From Candidatus Bathyarchaeota archaeon (GTDB taxonomy: Archaea > Thermoproteota > Bathyarchaeia > Bathyarchaeales > Bathycorpusculaceae), in contig CAVTBV010000002.1 in NCBI GenBank assembly GCA_963733095.1, positions 64,001 to 128,000 on the forward strand: DNA of 64,000 bases. The letters are read 5' to 3'. The position numbers were made by a program, and so were the translations under genes. The notes below the pieces were generated by a model. The model saw nothing but the letters and a program-made list of their open reading frames with translations, did not search any database and had not been told where the DNA came from. Positions within the stretch are counted from its first letter, which is position 1. Every line of letters begins with the position of its first letter. Of the stretch, positions 49,778-58,805 are shown piece by piece.

Positions 49778-50086
49778 CTACTCCATTTTGAGGTAGTTGT
49801 GGCTTCGGAGCCAGTCGGATTGGTTTTTGCGGTACCGCCAGAATATGTCCCCATGTGTGTCGGATTGGAAATCCCATGGCGATACCAATACGATATCGCC
49901 TTCTCTGATCCAAACTCGCCTTTTCAGTTTGCCGCGGACTCGGCACATTCGTTCTTTCCCATCTTGGCATTTAACCGTGATTCTTTCGGCGCCAAGCATC
50001 TTAACCGCTACACCCAATACGTCGTTTGAGGAAGGTAAGACCATGCTATCGAGGCTACCCTCGTTTGTTATTTTTCGTTTACCCAT
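49778..50086 (-). CDS. eif1a: Translation initiation factor aIF1A
   Basis: MLGA.RI.V.C.DGK.R.CR.RGKLKRRVWIREGD.V.VSPWDFQ...GDI.WRY. Confidence 0.96.
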   Translation of the reverse strand: MGKRKITNEGSLDSMVLPSSNDVLGVAVKMLGAERITVKCQDGKERMCRVRGKLKRRVWIREGDIVLVSPWDFQSDTHGDIFWRYRKNQSDWLRSHNYLKME

Positions 50087-50573
50087 TTTTTACACCTTTG
50101 GCTTACGCCAATTTTATATCAGAATAGTTTTGAGAAAAAGCGGATAAGTGGTCTAACTCTTCCTCTAAATAATTCTAACTACATCAATAAGGAACGCAAC
50201 AGGTATATTAGTTTAGCTTAGTTTGTAAGGTTTTTTTTCATGGTTTTTAGATATTTTCTAATAATAATTTTTCTAATGACTTGTTTTGCAGAAAACGGCT
50301 CGGAAATTACTCCTTTTTTCAAAAACATTTCTTCATCATTCCCTTCTCTTTATGGTGGGAAGCTCTTTCACGTTGAAGATTTTTTATTCTTCTTAGAATA
50401 ATCTGATTTAAACATGTGTGTTAAAAACGTGGACTTTTTGCTTATAAACAACCTGATGCGTTTGTGGAGTAATTTTAAATAAAAACCCGGAATATTGGGG
50501 ATTTTCGTTTTCAAAAGATAATAAAAAATAAAAAAGAAAATTGTTAAAGATTTTATGATGCTTAGCTAAATGC

Positions 50574-50714
50574 TTAGTATCTTCGTGGTGGTCTACGTTT
50601 TGAGTAGCACTCTCGGCAGTAAACTGGCCTTGTACCGTCTGGCTTGAAAGGAACTTCACATTCTTTTCCGCAGTCAGCGCAAGTTGCCTTGTGCATCTCT
50701 TTGTTATTATACAT
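50574..50714 (-). CDS. CxxC-x17-CxxC domain protein (46 aa)
   Basis: MYNNKEMHKATCADCGKECEVPFKPDGTRPVYCRECYSKRRPPRRY; AGGAG RBS and TTTATAAG TATA; below the ORF-track cutoff. Confidence 0.9.
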   Translation of the reverse strand: MYNNKEMHKATCADCGKECEVPFKPDGTRPVYCRECYSKRRPPRRY

Positions 50715-51054
50715 TCGCTATTTCAACTCCTACTACTTTGGCTATGCAAAAGTCTCTTTCGCACAGTACCATCTAACTATTCGTCGATGCTTATAAATTG
50801 AGTGCTTGTGCATTCCTGATTAACCATCTGTCCCCTAGTGAGCAACCAGTCTCAATGAGGTTTTCCACAATCATCAGATAACCCCTTTTACTCAATAGCC
50901 AAAGCTGAAAATGACCAACTAATTTTTATCGTCAACCTAATATAGTTAACATTATATTATTAAGTAAATATTCGGGGTAAATGAGAAAAAGTGTGAAATA
51001 GCATCTCTGCAGTTGCTTTTTCTCGTACTTTGACCATAATTTGAGAGGGGTAAT

Positions 51055-51711
51055 TTGAGACAGAAAAAATCAACATTAGGCGAACATCTTGCGCTTCTTT
51101 CGGTAAAATATAACATTTACCCAAACGAAGTTTTCCAAGCATTAATCTCAGCAAGGAACAATGAGAAAGCTGTCTGCGGCAACCTTACAGTGGAATACCG
51201 CGGCAAAGTAAAGGGTGAAACAATTTTCCTAATAACAAAAGACAGCAGCGTTGTTGCTCAGTTCCGTGTTGGTGAAGAGTTCCTCCTAAGAAAAGATAAC
51301 CCCTTCGAGAGTTGGATGAGCACAGATAAGATTCGCAAGAAAATCGCTAAACAAAACACCGAATCAATCTACACATCCATCCACGATTTGAGAGCAGGCA
51401 TGAAACGAGTCAACTTGAAAGCCGAAGTCATAGAGATTCCTAAACCCGCCCAAGTTCACACACAATTCGGCAACACAGTCATGGTAGTCAATGCGTTGGT
51501 TGGGGATGACACTGGAAAAACCAAACTCTGTCTCTGGGAAGGACAAATCGGCTGTATTGCTGTGGGAAACAACATCGAGCTGAAGAATGCACAGGTCTGT
51601 GTTTTTAGGGGCGAGAGGCAGCTGCGGCTAGGGAAGAACGGTGTTCTTAACGTGTTGTCAAACTCTACTGATGATGCAAAGCAACAGCTGGCAACAGCTG
51701 CAGTTAGATAA
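51055..51711 (+). CDS. OB-fold (RPA/SSB-like) nucleic-acid-binding protein with unknown N-terminal domain
   Basis: C-terminal I.DLRAGMKRVNLKAEV...VGDDTG.TKLCLW....I..G..I...NA.V..FRGE.QL.LG. Confidence 0.8.
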   Translation: MRQKKSTLGEHLALLSVKYNIYPNEVFQALISARNNEKAVCGNLTVEYRGKVKGETIFLITKDSSVVAQFRVGEEFLLRKDNPFESWMSTDKIRKKIAKQNTESIYTSIHDLRAGMKRVNLKAEVIEIPKPAQVHTQFGNTVMVVNALVGDDTGKTKLCLWEGQIGCIAVGNNIELKNAQVCVFRGERQLRLGKNGVLNVLSNSTDDAKQQLATAAVR

Positions 51712-51755
51712 AAATATTTTTTTTTTAAAAAAAAGTAAAATAATTATTTTTTTAG

Positions 51756-51971
51756 TTATTTCCAGTTGGTTCTTCGTCTGGACCAAGCTTGTTCTTTGTT
51801 AGAATCAGAGCTTGACGCTTTATGTTCGGTACTTCCATGAGTACTGTGTTTGGCTAAGCATTCTCTACAGTAAACGGGTTTACCTGCTGTTGGTTTAAAG
51901 GGAACAGTTGCGGATTTGCCGCAGTCACTGCATTTAATTTCGGTTACATTTACATTTGATCTTTGAGACAT
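51756..51971 (-). CDS. CxxC-x17-CxxC domain protein
   Basis: CSDCGKSATVPFKPTAGKPVYCREC. Confidence 0.88.
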   Translation of the reverse strand: MSQRSNVNVTEIKCSDCGKSATVPFKPTAGKPVYCRECLAKHSTHGSTEHKASSSDSNKEQAWSRRRTNWK

Positions 51972-52106
51972 TAAATTACTCCATATTATGTGAAAATTGG
52001 GGAAAAAGTTCCTTATTTTTCGAATATTTAAGGGTGGAACGTTGACTTAAACGTTTCCATCACTTCAAACGCTGAATCAGGCTAATTGTCTTTGTTTTCA
52101 CTGTTT

Positions 52107-52272
52107 TTAAATTGGTTTTTTTCTTCGATGCAGCGTTTCCCTTATCAAACTTATCTCTTTCGCGTAATCCATAAAAAGCCATCCGCACAGCTCCACTCTC
52201 ACTCGCCTCAAAACGTATTGACAGCTTCATTAGGATTTCCATCTGCTCCTTACTCAATATAACTTTTACCAC
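52107..52272 (-). pseudogene. Small ribbon-helix-helix-like protein with +1 frameshift
   Basis: MVKVILSKEQMEIL...SESGAVRMAF is followed by one extra T. Removing it gives MDYAKEISLIRETLHRRKKPI*. Confidence 0.5.
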
Positions 52273-52511
52273 ATATTTCCTAATTTTTTCATTATCCCTT
52301 AAACGCCCTCACGATGGTCTTAGATTATTCGTCGCATGGTCTAATTGCTGTGCAATTCGACTTTTCATTTTGGGCTGTATATTAGCTGGGTGTTGGTCGT
52401 GTGAGGGATAGAAAGAATGTCAAGCAAAACAATCATAAAACGGAGGAAAAACAAACCCGGCAAAAGAGCATGTTTTTGGCTCGGGTTTTTAAGGCAGCAC
52501 ATGCTAGATGA

Positions 52512-52967
52512 TTGTTGGGTACTATCTTGGAATCAAGCGAAGAACTTAATGCGTCAACTTTTCAGACCTACATGTACCTTGTGAAGGTTGGGAAGCCTGT
52601 GGGGCCCAGAGATGTTATGCGTGGAGCCAACTTGAGCAGCCCAAGCGTGGCATACAGAAACCTCCAGAAGCTCATAGACTTAGGCTTAGTGGTAAAAGAC
52701 GAATACAACAATTATGTGGTCAAGGAAAAAGTAAGCAAGAAAGGCTACGTTTGGATTGGAAAAACTCTCATGCCCAGCTTTGTCATCGTCGGCTTCATTT
52801 TTCTAGGAATCTTGATCGGTGAGATAGCTGTCTTGATTCCCCACTTGGTCCGAGGTGCTCCAATTCAGGAGTCGTTTTGGTTCTGGATTCTAACAACCAC
52901 CGTTGCCGCCTTGATTTTCTTGGTTGAAGCAATCCGATTCAGGATGAAACCTAAGCACTCAACATAG
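52512..52967 (+). CDS. Membrane-anchored winged-helix regulator
   Basis: TFQTYMYL...GPRDVMRGANLSSPSVAYRNLQKL..LGLV followed by two TM helices. Confidence 0.82.
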   Translation: MLGTILESSEELNASTFQTYMYLVKVGKPVGPRDVMRGANLSSPSVAYRNLQKLIDLGLVVKDEYNNYVVKEKVSKKGYVWIGKTLMPSFVIVGFIFLGILIGEIAVLIPHLVRGAPIQESFWFWILTTTVAALIFLVEAIRFRMKPKHST

Positions 52968-53050
52968 AAAAAAACGTCTGCTTCAAGAAAAGATGCAAAC
53001 TGTTAAAAGCCATTTTCAATGAATAATGACATGCCAAAGGAAGAGACGCC

Positions 53051-54277
53051 TTGAAGAATTCATTGGTAGTTGTGTTTGCTGCAATTTTGTTTTCATCAAT
53101 TGTTATTTCAGGAGTTTGTTCTGCACAGCAGGGTTCTGGTGATTGGCCGATGTTCCGCGGAAACCTCTCCCATACAGGTGTAGGCTCGGGAAGCCCAGTG
53201 TTAAACGCTAGTTTGCTCTGGAACTTTAGCACGGGCGGCCAAATTTATTCGTCTCCATCAGTCGTGGACGGCGTAGTTTTCGTGGGCTCTTTAGATGGGA
53301 ACATTTTTGCGTTAAAAGCGGACAGTGGGACACGACTATGGAATTACAGTACTGGCAGTCAAGTTTATTCTTGTCCCGCAGTCGTCGAAGGCGTTGTCTA
53401 CGTTGGTTCGGTCGATGGGAAAGTTTACGCTCTAAGCGCTACGAGCGGTGACAAACTTTGGAGTTTAAACACGGGCGGCGAGGTTGATTCTTCACCCGCT
53501 ATCTCAAACGGCGTTGTCTATGTGGGTTCATACGACAACAATGTTTATGCCTTAAACGCCAGTGACGGCGCAAAACTATGGGTTTTCAGTACCCTTGCTC
53601 CAATCTGGTCCTCTCCCGCCGTGGTTGCAGGAGCTCTTTACATAGGCTCAACAGATGGCTACACTTATGCATTGGATGCCTCAAGCGGTGGCGAACTGTG
53701 GAATTTCACTAATGGCTACCCGACAGAGTCCTCACCAACAATCATAGGCGATCAGGTTTATACTGCGTATGATAATGGAAGCGTTTACGCTTTAAACATA
53801 CTTGACGGCACCCAAGTCTGGAGCTACGCAACGGGCAACATCATCAAATCTTCTCCTGCCGTTGTGGGCGGGGTCGTCTATATTGGTTCCTTGGATGACA
53901 ACTTTTATGCATTAAACGCATCTGATGGGGCAAAACTTTGGAGTTTCACTACTGGCGGCACGGTTTATTCAGCTCCTTCAATCGTTGACGGCGTTGTCTA
54001 TGTGGGTTCAGCGGATTCAAACATATATGCATTGAACGCGTCAAGCGGTTCTAAGCTTTGGAGCTACCCCACCGGCGGGTTTGTTGAATCGTCCCCTGTA
54101 GTCGTCAACGGAGTGGTCTACGTTGGCTCCTTGGACGGCAATATCTATGCGTTAACTAATAGTGCTCCGATAACCAGCGAGTTTCCAGTCTCTTTTTTTG
54201 CTGTAGCTATAGGAATTATTTTTTCAACAATAGTCGCTTTCATACTTGTAAAGAAAGGAAACAAAACTCGTTCTTAA
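53051..54277 (+). CDS. Secreted PQQ-type beta-propeller repeat protein with SEFP-TM-basic C-terminal anchor
   Basis: Signal peptide, WPMFRG, eight 40-aa repeats (W.F.TGG.V.SSP.V.DG.VYVGS.D..YAL.A..G), then SEFP, TM and KK. Confidence 0.92.
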   Translation: MKNSLVVVFAAILFSSIVISGVCSAQQGSGDWPMFRGNLSHTGVGSGSPVLNASLLWNFSTGGQIYSSPSVVDGVVFVGSLDGNIFALKADSGTRLWNYSTGSQVYSCPAVVEGVVYVGSVDGKVYALSATSGDKLWSLNTGGEVDSSPAISNGVVYVGSYDNNVYALNASDGAKLWVFSTLAPIWSSPAVVAGALYIGSTDGYTYALDASSGGELWNFTNGYPTESSPTIIGDQVYTAYDNGSVYALNILDGTQVWSYATGNIIKSSPAVVGGVVYIGSLDDNFYALNASDGAKLWSFTTGGTVYSAPSIVDGVVYVGSADSNIYALNASSGSKLWSYPTGGFVESSPVVVNGVVYVGSLDGNIYALTNSAPITSEFPVSFFAVAIGIIFSTIVAFILVKKGNKTRS

Positions 54278-54282
54278 TGCCA

Positions 54283-54321
54283 ATGTTCCAGTTTTGGAAC
54301 GCTATGTTCCATGCGTAGAAC
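54283..54321. promoter_or_regulatory. Tandem palindromic sites GTTCCA-N4-T(G/A)GAAC, 21-bp period
   Basis: ATGTTCCAgtttTGGAAC at 54283-54300 and ATGTTCCAtgcgTAGAAC at 54304-54321, upstream of the methyltransferase gene. Confidence 0.6.
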
Positions 54322-54361
54322 TAAGAGCTACTTCTTGCCTTTTAGATTGTAGGTGTGATGG

Positions 54362-55135
54362 ATGCAGAAAAACCAATTACCCGAGCCCACAAGGGGCAAA
54401 ATCAAACTCGTTTTATTGGTAACCATAGTCACCGTCGCCGTCGGCATTTTCATGTACTACTTTACCTTCACCTCTTACGGCTACAGTAACTGGACATTTG
54501 TCATAATGAATATCATTCTCTTCAGCGTCTTCTTCTTGCTCTCGGGCTTTAGAAAGAAACTCAACCGCCTCCCAAACAGCGTCTATGTAGCCTTCATCGT
54601 GGCATTGTTCGCAGAAATGTATGGCATACCCCTAACCATGTACTTTTTCGCTGGGTTCTTCGGCTATAACCACATATTCAGCTTAGAGTTCCTTTTAACC
54701 CAAGTATTCGGGCAGCAACCCTTCTACATCGTCTACCACTACTGGGTCTTTCCCGCCTCAAAAATCATAATCGGCGCAGGCTTACTTCTTGTCATATTTG
54801 GCTGGTACCAAATCTTCAAAGCCAAAGGCAAACTCGTAACTACAGGCCTCTACAAATATACACGCAACCCACAATACATCGGGTTTCTGATGATAACAGG
54901 CGGCTTAAACGTCCAATGGCTAACAATCATCACCACGGCAATATGGCCTGTCCTGGCGCTTCTGTACTGGCGGCTGGCAAAAATTGAGGAGCGCGAAGCC
55001 TTAGCAAAATACGGAGAAGAATTCCTAAAATACAAAGACTCTACACCCCGTTTCATTCCCCGCCTAAGAAGACACCAAATCAAAGCAGCGCAAAATCTTC
55101 AAATTACTGTGGAGACAAAGCCTAACCCCTTATAG
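54362..55135 (+). CDS. Isoprenylcysteine carboxyl methyltransferase / PEMT-family membrane protein
   Basis: FIVALFAEMYG.PLT, LVTTGLYKYTRNPQY.G, EE......YG.E...Y....PRFIP. Confidence 0.88.
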   Translation: MQKNQLPEPTRGKIKLVLLVTIVTVAVGIFMYYFTFTSYGYSNWTFVIMNIILFSVFFLLSGFRKKLNRLPNSVYVAFIVALFAEMYGIPLTMYFFAGFFGYNHIFSLEFLLTQVFGQQPFYIVYHYWVFPASKIIIGAGLLLVIFGWYQIFKAKGKLVTTGLYKYTRNPQYIGFLMITGGLNVQWLTIITTAIWPVLALLYWRLAKIEEREALAKYGEEFLKYKDSTPRFIPRLRRHQIKAAQNLQITVETKPNPL

Positions 55136-55424
55136 CAACCTTAATTTCTTCCAAATCCTTTTTTATGGTTAGCGATTTTACAATTGTTTGTATCAATGTT
55201 CTTAATTGCACTAAAGTTAAAGCATCAAAAGAGCTCTGCTTAACTCAGGGGCGTTTTTCCAATCAATTATTACAGTCGATTTTTTTAGGGGAAAACTCGC
55301 GGTTGCCGATGCTGCTTCAGCCCAAAAAATTTGGTTTCCCACTTTGTTTGTTTCGTTTTAGGAAGACAGTTTTTATATCTGTATGAAGTATTGGGTTGGA
55401 TAAGAGAAGAGAGGATAGCGTTAA

Positions 55425-56081
55425 TTGACTCTTATAGTGGATGACGCGGGCAGCGGCGATTTGCTGTTCGGCGTTGTAGTCGGCGCCTACCATGAACCAA
55501 CAGGCGAATTCAAATACGACTTAATCGATGTCCGATTCTATCAGGATATCTTTAAAGAGAAAGAGTACCTGCAGGAATCCAGTCGCGTCGTCTCCAAACT
55601 TGTCTCAAAATTTAACCTCTCACCTGAAGAAGAAATTCACATCTGCCAAGGCTGCATCTTCGACGTTGCCGCAGAAGAACTCCAAAAAGTCTACGGCGAA
55701 GACCGCGTCAAACGCATTCGCGTAGTCGGAGAAACGCAACGGCTCGTAGAAATCGCCTACTTAGATGAAATTCGCAACTTAGGCTACGAACCACTGGAAG
55801 AGAGGGAAGAGAAACGGGGCAAGAGCTTTTTCCACATGATGCGGTGGCTAAAAGACAACCCGGAGATGCTGCGCTACGCCAAAACAGGTTGGCCGCGCCT
55901 AAAGAACTATCAGATGTTCAGGCCGTTCCATGCCCAACAAGCCTTCAATGCTGTCTGTAGCGAATGCGGAACCGAATGTGAAGTTCCCTTCAAACCCAAA
56001 GCTGAAAAACCTGTCTACTGTCGCAAATGTTGGTCAAACCATAAACCTTCTCACAGAAAAGGAAAAGCAGTAAAACACTAA
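55425..56081 (+). CDS. Uncharacterised protein: RNase HII-like DDAGSG N-terminus plus C-terminal CxxC-x17-CxxC
   Basis: LIVDDAGSGDLLFGVVVG...KTGW; CSECGTECEVPFKPKAEKPVYCRKC. Confidence 0.75.
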   Translation: MTLIVDDAGSGDLLFGVVVGAYHEPTGEFKYDLIDVRFYQDIFKEKEYLQESSRVVSKLVSKFNLSPEEEIHICQGCIFDVAAEELQKVYGEDRVKRIRVVGETQRLVEIAYLDEIRNLGYEPLEEREEKRGKSFFHMMRWLKDNPEMLRYAKTGWPRLKNYQMFRPFHAQQAFNAVCSECGTECEVPFKPKAEKPVYCRKCWSNHKPSHRKGKAVKH

Positions 56082-56085
56082 AACT

Positions 56086-56430
56086 TTGGTAACAAACATG
56101 AATGTATTTTTAGATTATAACTCAAATTGGTACGTACTCCTGTTCGCATTCTTAGCGGCGTGGGCAATTCTTTTCGCTGTCCGCCGCAAATGGGTAGCAA
56201 AACAGGAGATTAAACAACAAGTCTTCCTTGCTTTCGGCGGCATGTGTTCATTAGCACTTATGGAGTTCTTTGCAGTCTCCACTGGCCTTTGGAACTATAC
56301 CCCGGGCAATTGGCCGGTGATTCTGTGGCCCACCTACTTTGCAGCCATACTCTTCGGGTACCAACTTCTCCGTTCAATCGAAAGCTTATTCCCCCACAGA
56401 CCCCACGCTGATTTAAGCTTGAAGACTTAA
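56086..56430 (+). CDS. Small membrane protein
   Basis: Three hydrophobic segments; E.FAVS.GLWNY. Confidence 0.65.
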   Translation: MVTNMNVFLDYNSNWYVLLFAFLAAWAILFAVRRKWVAKQEIKQQVFLAFGGMCSLALMEFFAVSTGLWNYTPGNWPVILWPTYFAAILFGYQLLRSIESLFPHRPHADLSLKT

Positions 56431-56470
56431 ATACCGACTTCACCACTTTTTTTCTAGTGGTCTTCTTAGT

Positions 56471-56986
56471 TTGACTTCCAACGGTAAACCAGTTTCCCAC
56501 AGCGACGTTGTTTGGCTGGGTAAGCCCTGGATTGTTCCAGCCTCCATCATCCGAATCATCACCTTCTTTGTAGTCGCGGTTGTTTTTCTTTGGCTCGAAC
56601 TCTTTTCTGGTGTGGCCTCCGACGATTTGTTAGGTTTACCTGTTTGGATATGGACTTTTCTTGTGATTGCAATAATTTGGCTTATCAGTATGCTTGAGCT
56701 TCTGATTTTTCGAGCCTCCCACACCTACATCCTGCGGCGGGACGGCTTAGAGATTAAACGCGGCATCCTCGGGCTGCACTCGTTTGTCGTTACACCCTCA
56801 GGCTTTGGCGACTTGCTGGTCTACCAGTCGGTTGGGGGCAGAATCTTTGGTTACGGTGACTTTACGGTTAACTCGCAGGGTGAACGGGAAACTAAATTGC
56901 TCCTTGTTCGCCACCCCTTCCAAGTAGCCGACACCCTGCGCGATATTATGGGTAACCCCATCGTTCGCGTTGAGAGCCACATTTAG
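56471..56986 (+). CDS. Bacterial PH-domain (bPH_2) membrane protein
   Basis: Two TMs followed by Y.L...L.IKRGIL...QS..GRIFGYGD..V.S.G. Confidence 0.78.
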   Translation: MTSNGKPVSHSDVVWLGKPWIVPASIIRIITFFVVAVVFLWLELFSGVASDDLLGLPVWIWTFLVIAIIWLISMLELLIFRASHTYILRRDGLEIKRGILGLHSFVVTPSGFGDLLVYQSVGGRIFGYGDFTVNSQGERETKLLLVRHPFQVADTLRDIMGNPIVRVESHI

Positions 56987-57291
56987 AACATGCCGTTTTT
57001 GCTAGCCGCCTGCAATGGAGCGGGCTGCATCACACATCAATGCTCCACGAGTTTGTCGTCTCTACTCGGAAAATGTCGATGATCGCTCTCCCCAATCGAA
57101 GGAGTTTGGTTTTAAGAAACTGTACGGCGACAAGGTCGCCTTCTGCTACTATGCGTTTGAATTCGAGACACAGGTTGAGGTTGGCGTTTAGGTATCCTTG
57201 ATGTAGGCAACGATCCCGCTTGGTCGTCGGTGGAGTTGGGGTTGTGTTATCGGTAGTTGGCTTCGCGTTTGTTTTGGGACAGGTTGTTCAT
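56983..57291 (-). pseudogene. SnoaL/NTF2-like protein remnant
   Basis: Fragments HNP, LEFKRIVAEGDLVAV, AIIDIFRV, KLVEH*..MQPAP...KNGMF* in shifting frames. Confidence 0.7.
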
Positions 57292-57569
57292 TTGTGCTTG
57301 CGTAGGTTTTGTCTCCATCTTTTACGTTTGCGGGTGGCGAGATGAGGGTGTGTAGCTGCGAGGTGTTGACAACGATGGATGAGGCTGTTCCGCTGCATGT
57401 TTAATTGCTTAGTTTTCTGTTGTAAATCTATGCGTTTATTCGCTTGGCACATTTATTGGTTGATTTTTGCTTATGTTTTATTAAATATTGTGAACATTTC
57501 TTAAAACCCTTTAAATCTCCAGATGCCCGATCAGATGTTCAGAGCAAAACAAAACATGGTGGAAATGGT

Positions 57570-57692
57570 ATGTTGGATTTAGTAACCCAAGACATGGCAT
57601 ATATGGGCTTACCCGCCTTACCCTTCCAATTAACAGGGTACGTTCGGTTCCACGTTCGCCAAGCCCTCAAAGCAGTAAACAAGGAGGAGTAA
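57570..57692 (+). CDS. 40-aa hypothetical microprotein
   Basis: MLDLVTQDMAYMGLPALPFQLTGYVRFHVRQALKAVNKEE; TTTAAAT box upstream; GGTGG RBS-like sequence. Confidence 0.4.
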   Translation: MLDLVTQDMAYMGLPALPFQLTGYVRFHVRQALKAVNKEE

Positions 57693-57694
57693 GC

Positions 57695-57847
57695 ATGTAC
57701 AGCACCATAATCCTTGATTGCCAAACCAAAACAACCACCCCCTGCTCCCACGACTGCATCACCTACAAAACCTGTCACGCACCCACAAAAAAACCTAACT
57801 GCGTATACACAAGCATGTTACATATCCTTATAAGCCAAAATCACTGA
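57695..57847 (+). CDS. 50-aa Cys-rich microprotein
   Basis: AGGAGG RBS; MYSTIILDCQTKTTTPCSHDCITYKTCHAPTKKPNCVYTSMLHILISQNH. Confidence 0.45.
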   Translation: MYSTIILDCQTKTTTPCSHDCITYKTCHAPTKKPNCVYTSMLHILISQNH

Positions 57848-57882
57848 TGAACAATGCCCCAGTAGGAGGCGAAAAAAAAGTG

Positions 57883-58005
57883 TTGAGTAGAGACTGCGAC
57901 GGATGCACCCTTCTGCATATGTGCAGTGAAAGGTACAGAAAAGTCGGCAAAGACGAGAAAGTCTACTGTCCAGACGGAACCGCACACCTAGTAGACCAAA
58001 ACTAA
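57883..58005 (+). CDS. 40-aa Cys/His microprotein (CxxC-x5-C...CPDGxxH)
   Basis: AGGAGG RBS, CTTATAAG TATA and T-tract downstream; MSRDCDGCTLLHMCSERYRKVGKDEKVYCPDGTAHLVDQN. Confidence 0.65.
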   Translation: MSRDCDGCTLLHMCSERYRKVGKDEKVYCPDGTAHLVDQN

Positions 58006-58209
58006 CCCCCTCCCCAATTTTTTGTTGACTTGCCTATTATGAAGAGTTATTAGTTCGGGGTTTTCTGTATAGTTTCCAGAGGGTCTTTATGGCAGGCAAA
58101 CTTGAATCCGAAAAGAAATCGGAAGCTTCAAAAGTCAATTCTAAGCAAAAGAAATGGGGGCAAGAACACTTTTATAGATTCAGGGGAAGCCGCGTTCGGT
58201 GAGTAATTA

Positions 58210-58740
58210 ATGAATAAAGCCGATTTTCTCCTCTGGAGCCGCAAGTACGATAAGGCGTTTGGTTGGCAAGCGCAGCGGGAGCGGGAACTCGGCGCAAAAT
58301 TCCGCAAGAACAAGGCTTTGACCTGCAAGGATTTGGCGTCGATTGTTGAATGGAAATTTAAAGATGACACTGAGCGGCAAGTGCGCAGTTTAGCGTTGGT
58401 GGCTCGAAATGACGAAGCAACCGTCAATAGGCTCACAAGCCAAGCCCTAAGCATACCTGGCAGCGAAGACGGTTACCGCATGAACTGTCTAACATTGCTT
58501 GAAGGCGTAAGCCCCATTCTTGCCAGCATCATTCTTTCATTCTTTGACCCCAAAGTCTACTGCATCCTCGACGCCCACACCTGGAAAGCGCTCCTCGGCA
58601 ACGTTCCCCCAAACATGCAAACAACGCAGAACTACCTCAAACTCCTTGCCGTCATCAGAAAAACCGCTGCCAAACAAAACCTCGACGTACGAGTCATCGA
58701 CAAAGCATTCTACAAAAAAGGCGTCGACCAAACCAGCTAA
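58210..58740 (+). CDS. Hypothetical protein with HhH-GPD-like motif
   Basis: IVEWK...LTLLEGVSPILASIIL.FFDP..Y.ILD.H; R..DKA. Confidence 0.65.
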   Translation: MNKADFLLWSRKYDKAFGWQAQRERELGAKFRKNKALTCKDLASIVEWKFKDDTERQVRSLALVARNDEATVNRLTSQALSIPGSEDGYRMNCLTLLEGVSPILASIILSFFDPKVYCILDAHTWKALLGNVPPNMQTTQNYLKLLAVIRKTAAKQNLDVRVIDKAFYKKGVDQTS

Positions 58741-58805
58741 ACCAAATTTTGACAGAAACAGATGTACCTAAAAAAAAACAATTACCGATGTGTTTTGTTT
58801 GTGTC

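Noticed and set aside
53215-54160. 120-bp periodic repeats
   Set aside because: These are coding repeats of the beta-propeller blades, not a CRISPR array or tandem DNA element.
58089-58202. 37-aa ORF MAGKLESEKK... upstream of the HhH-like gene
   Set aside because: It overlaps the probable promoter of the next gene, and there is no supporting motif.
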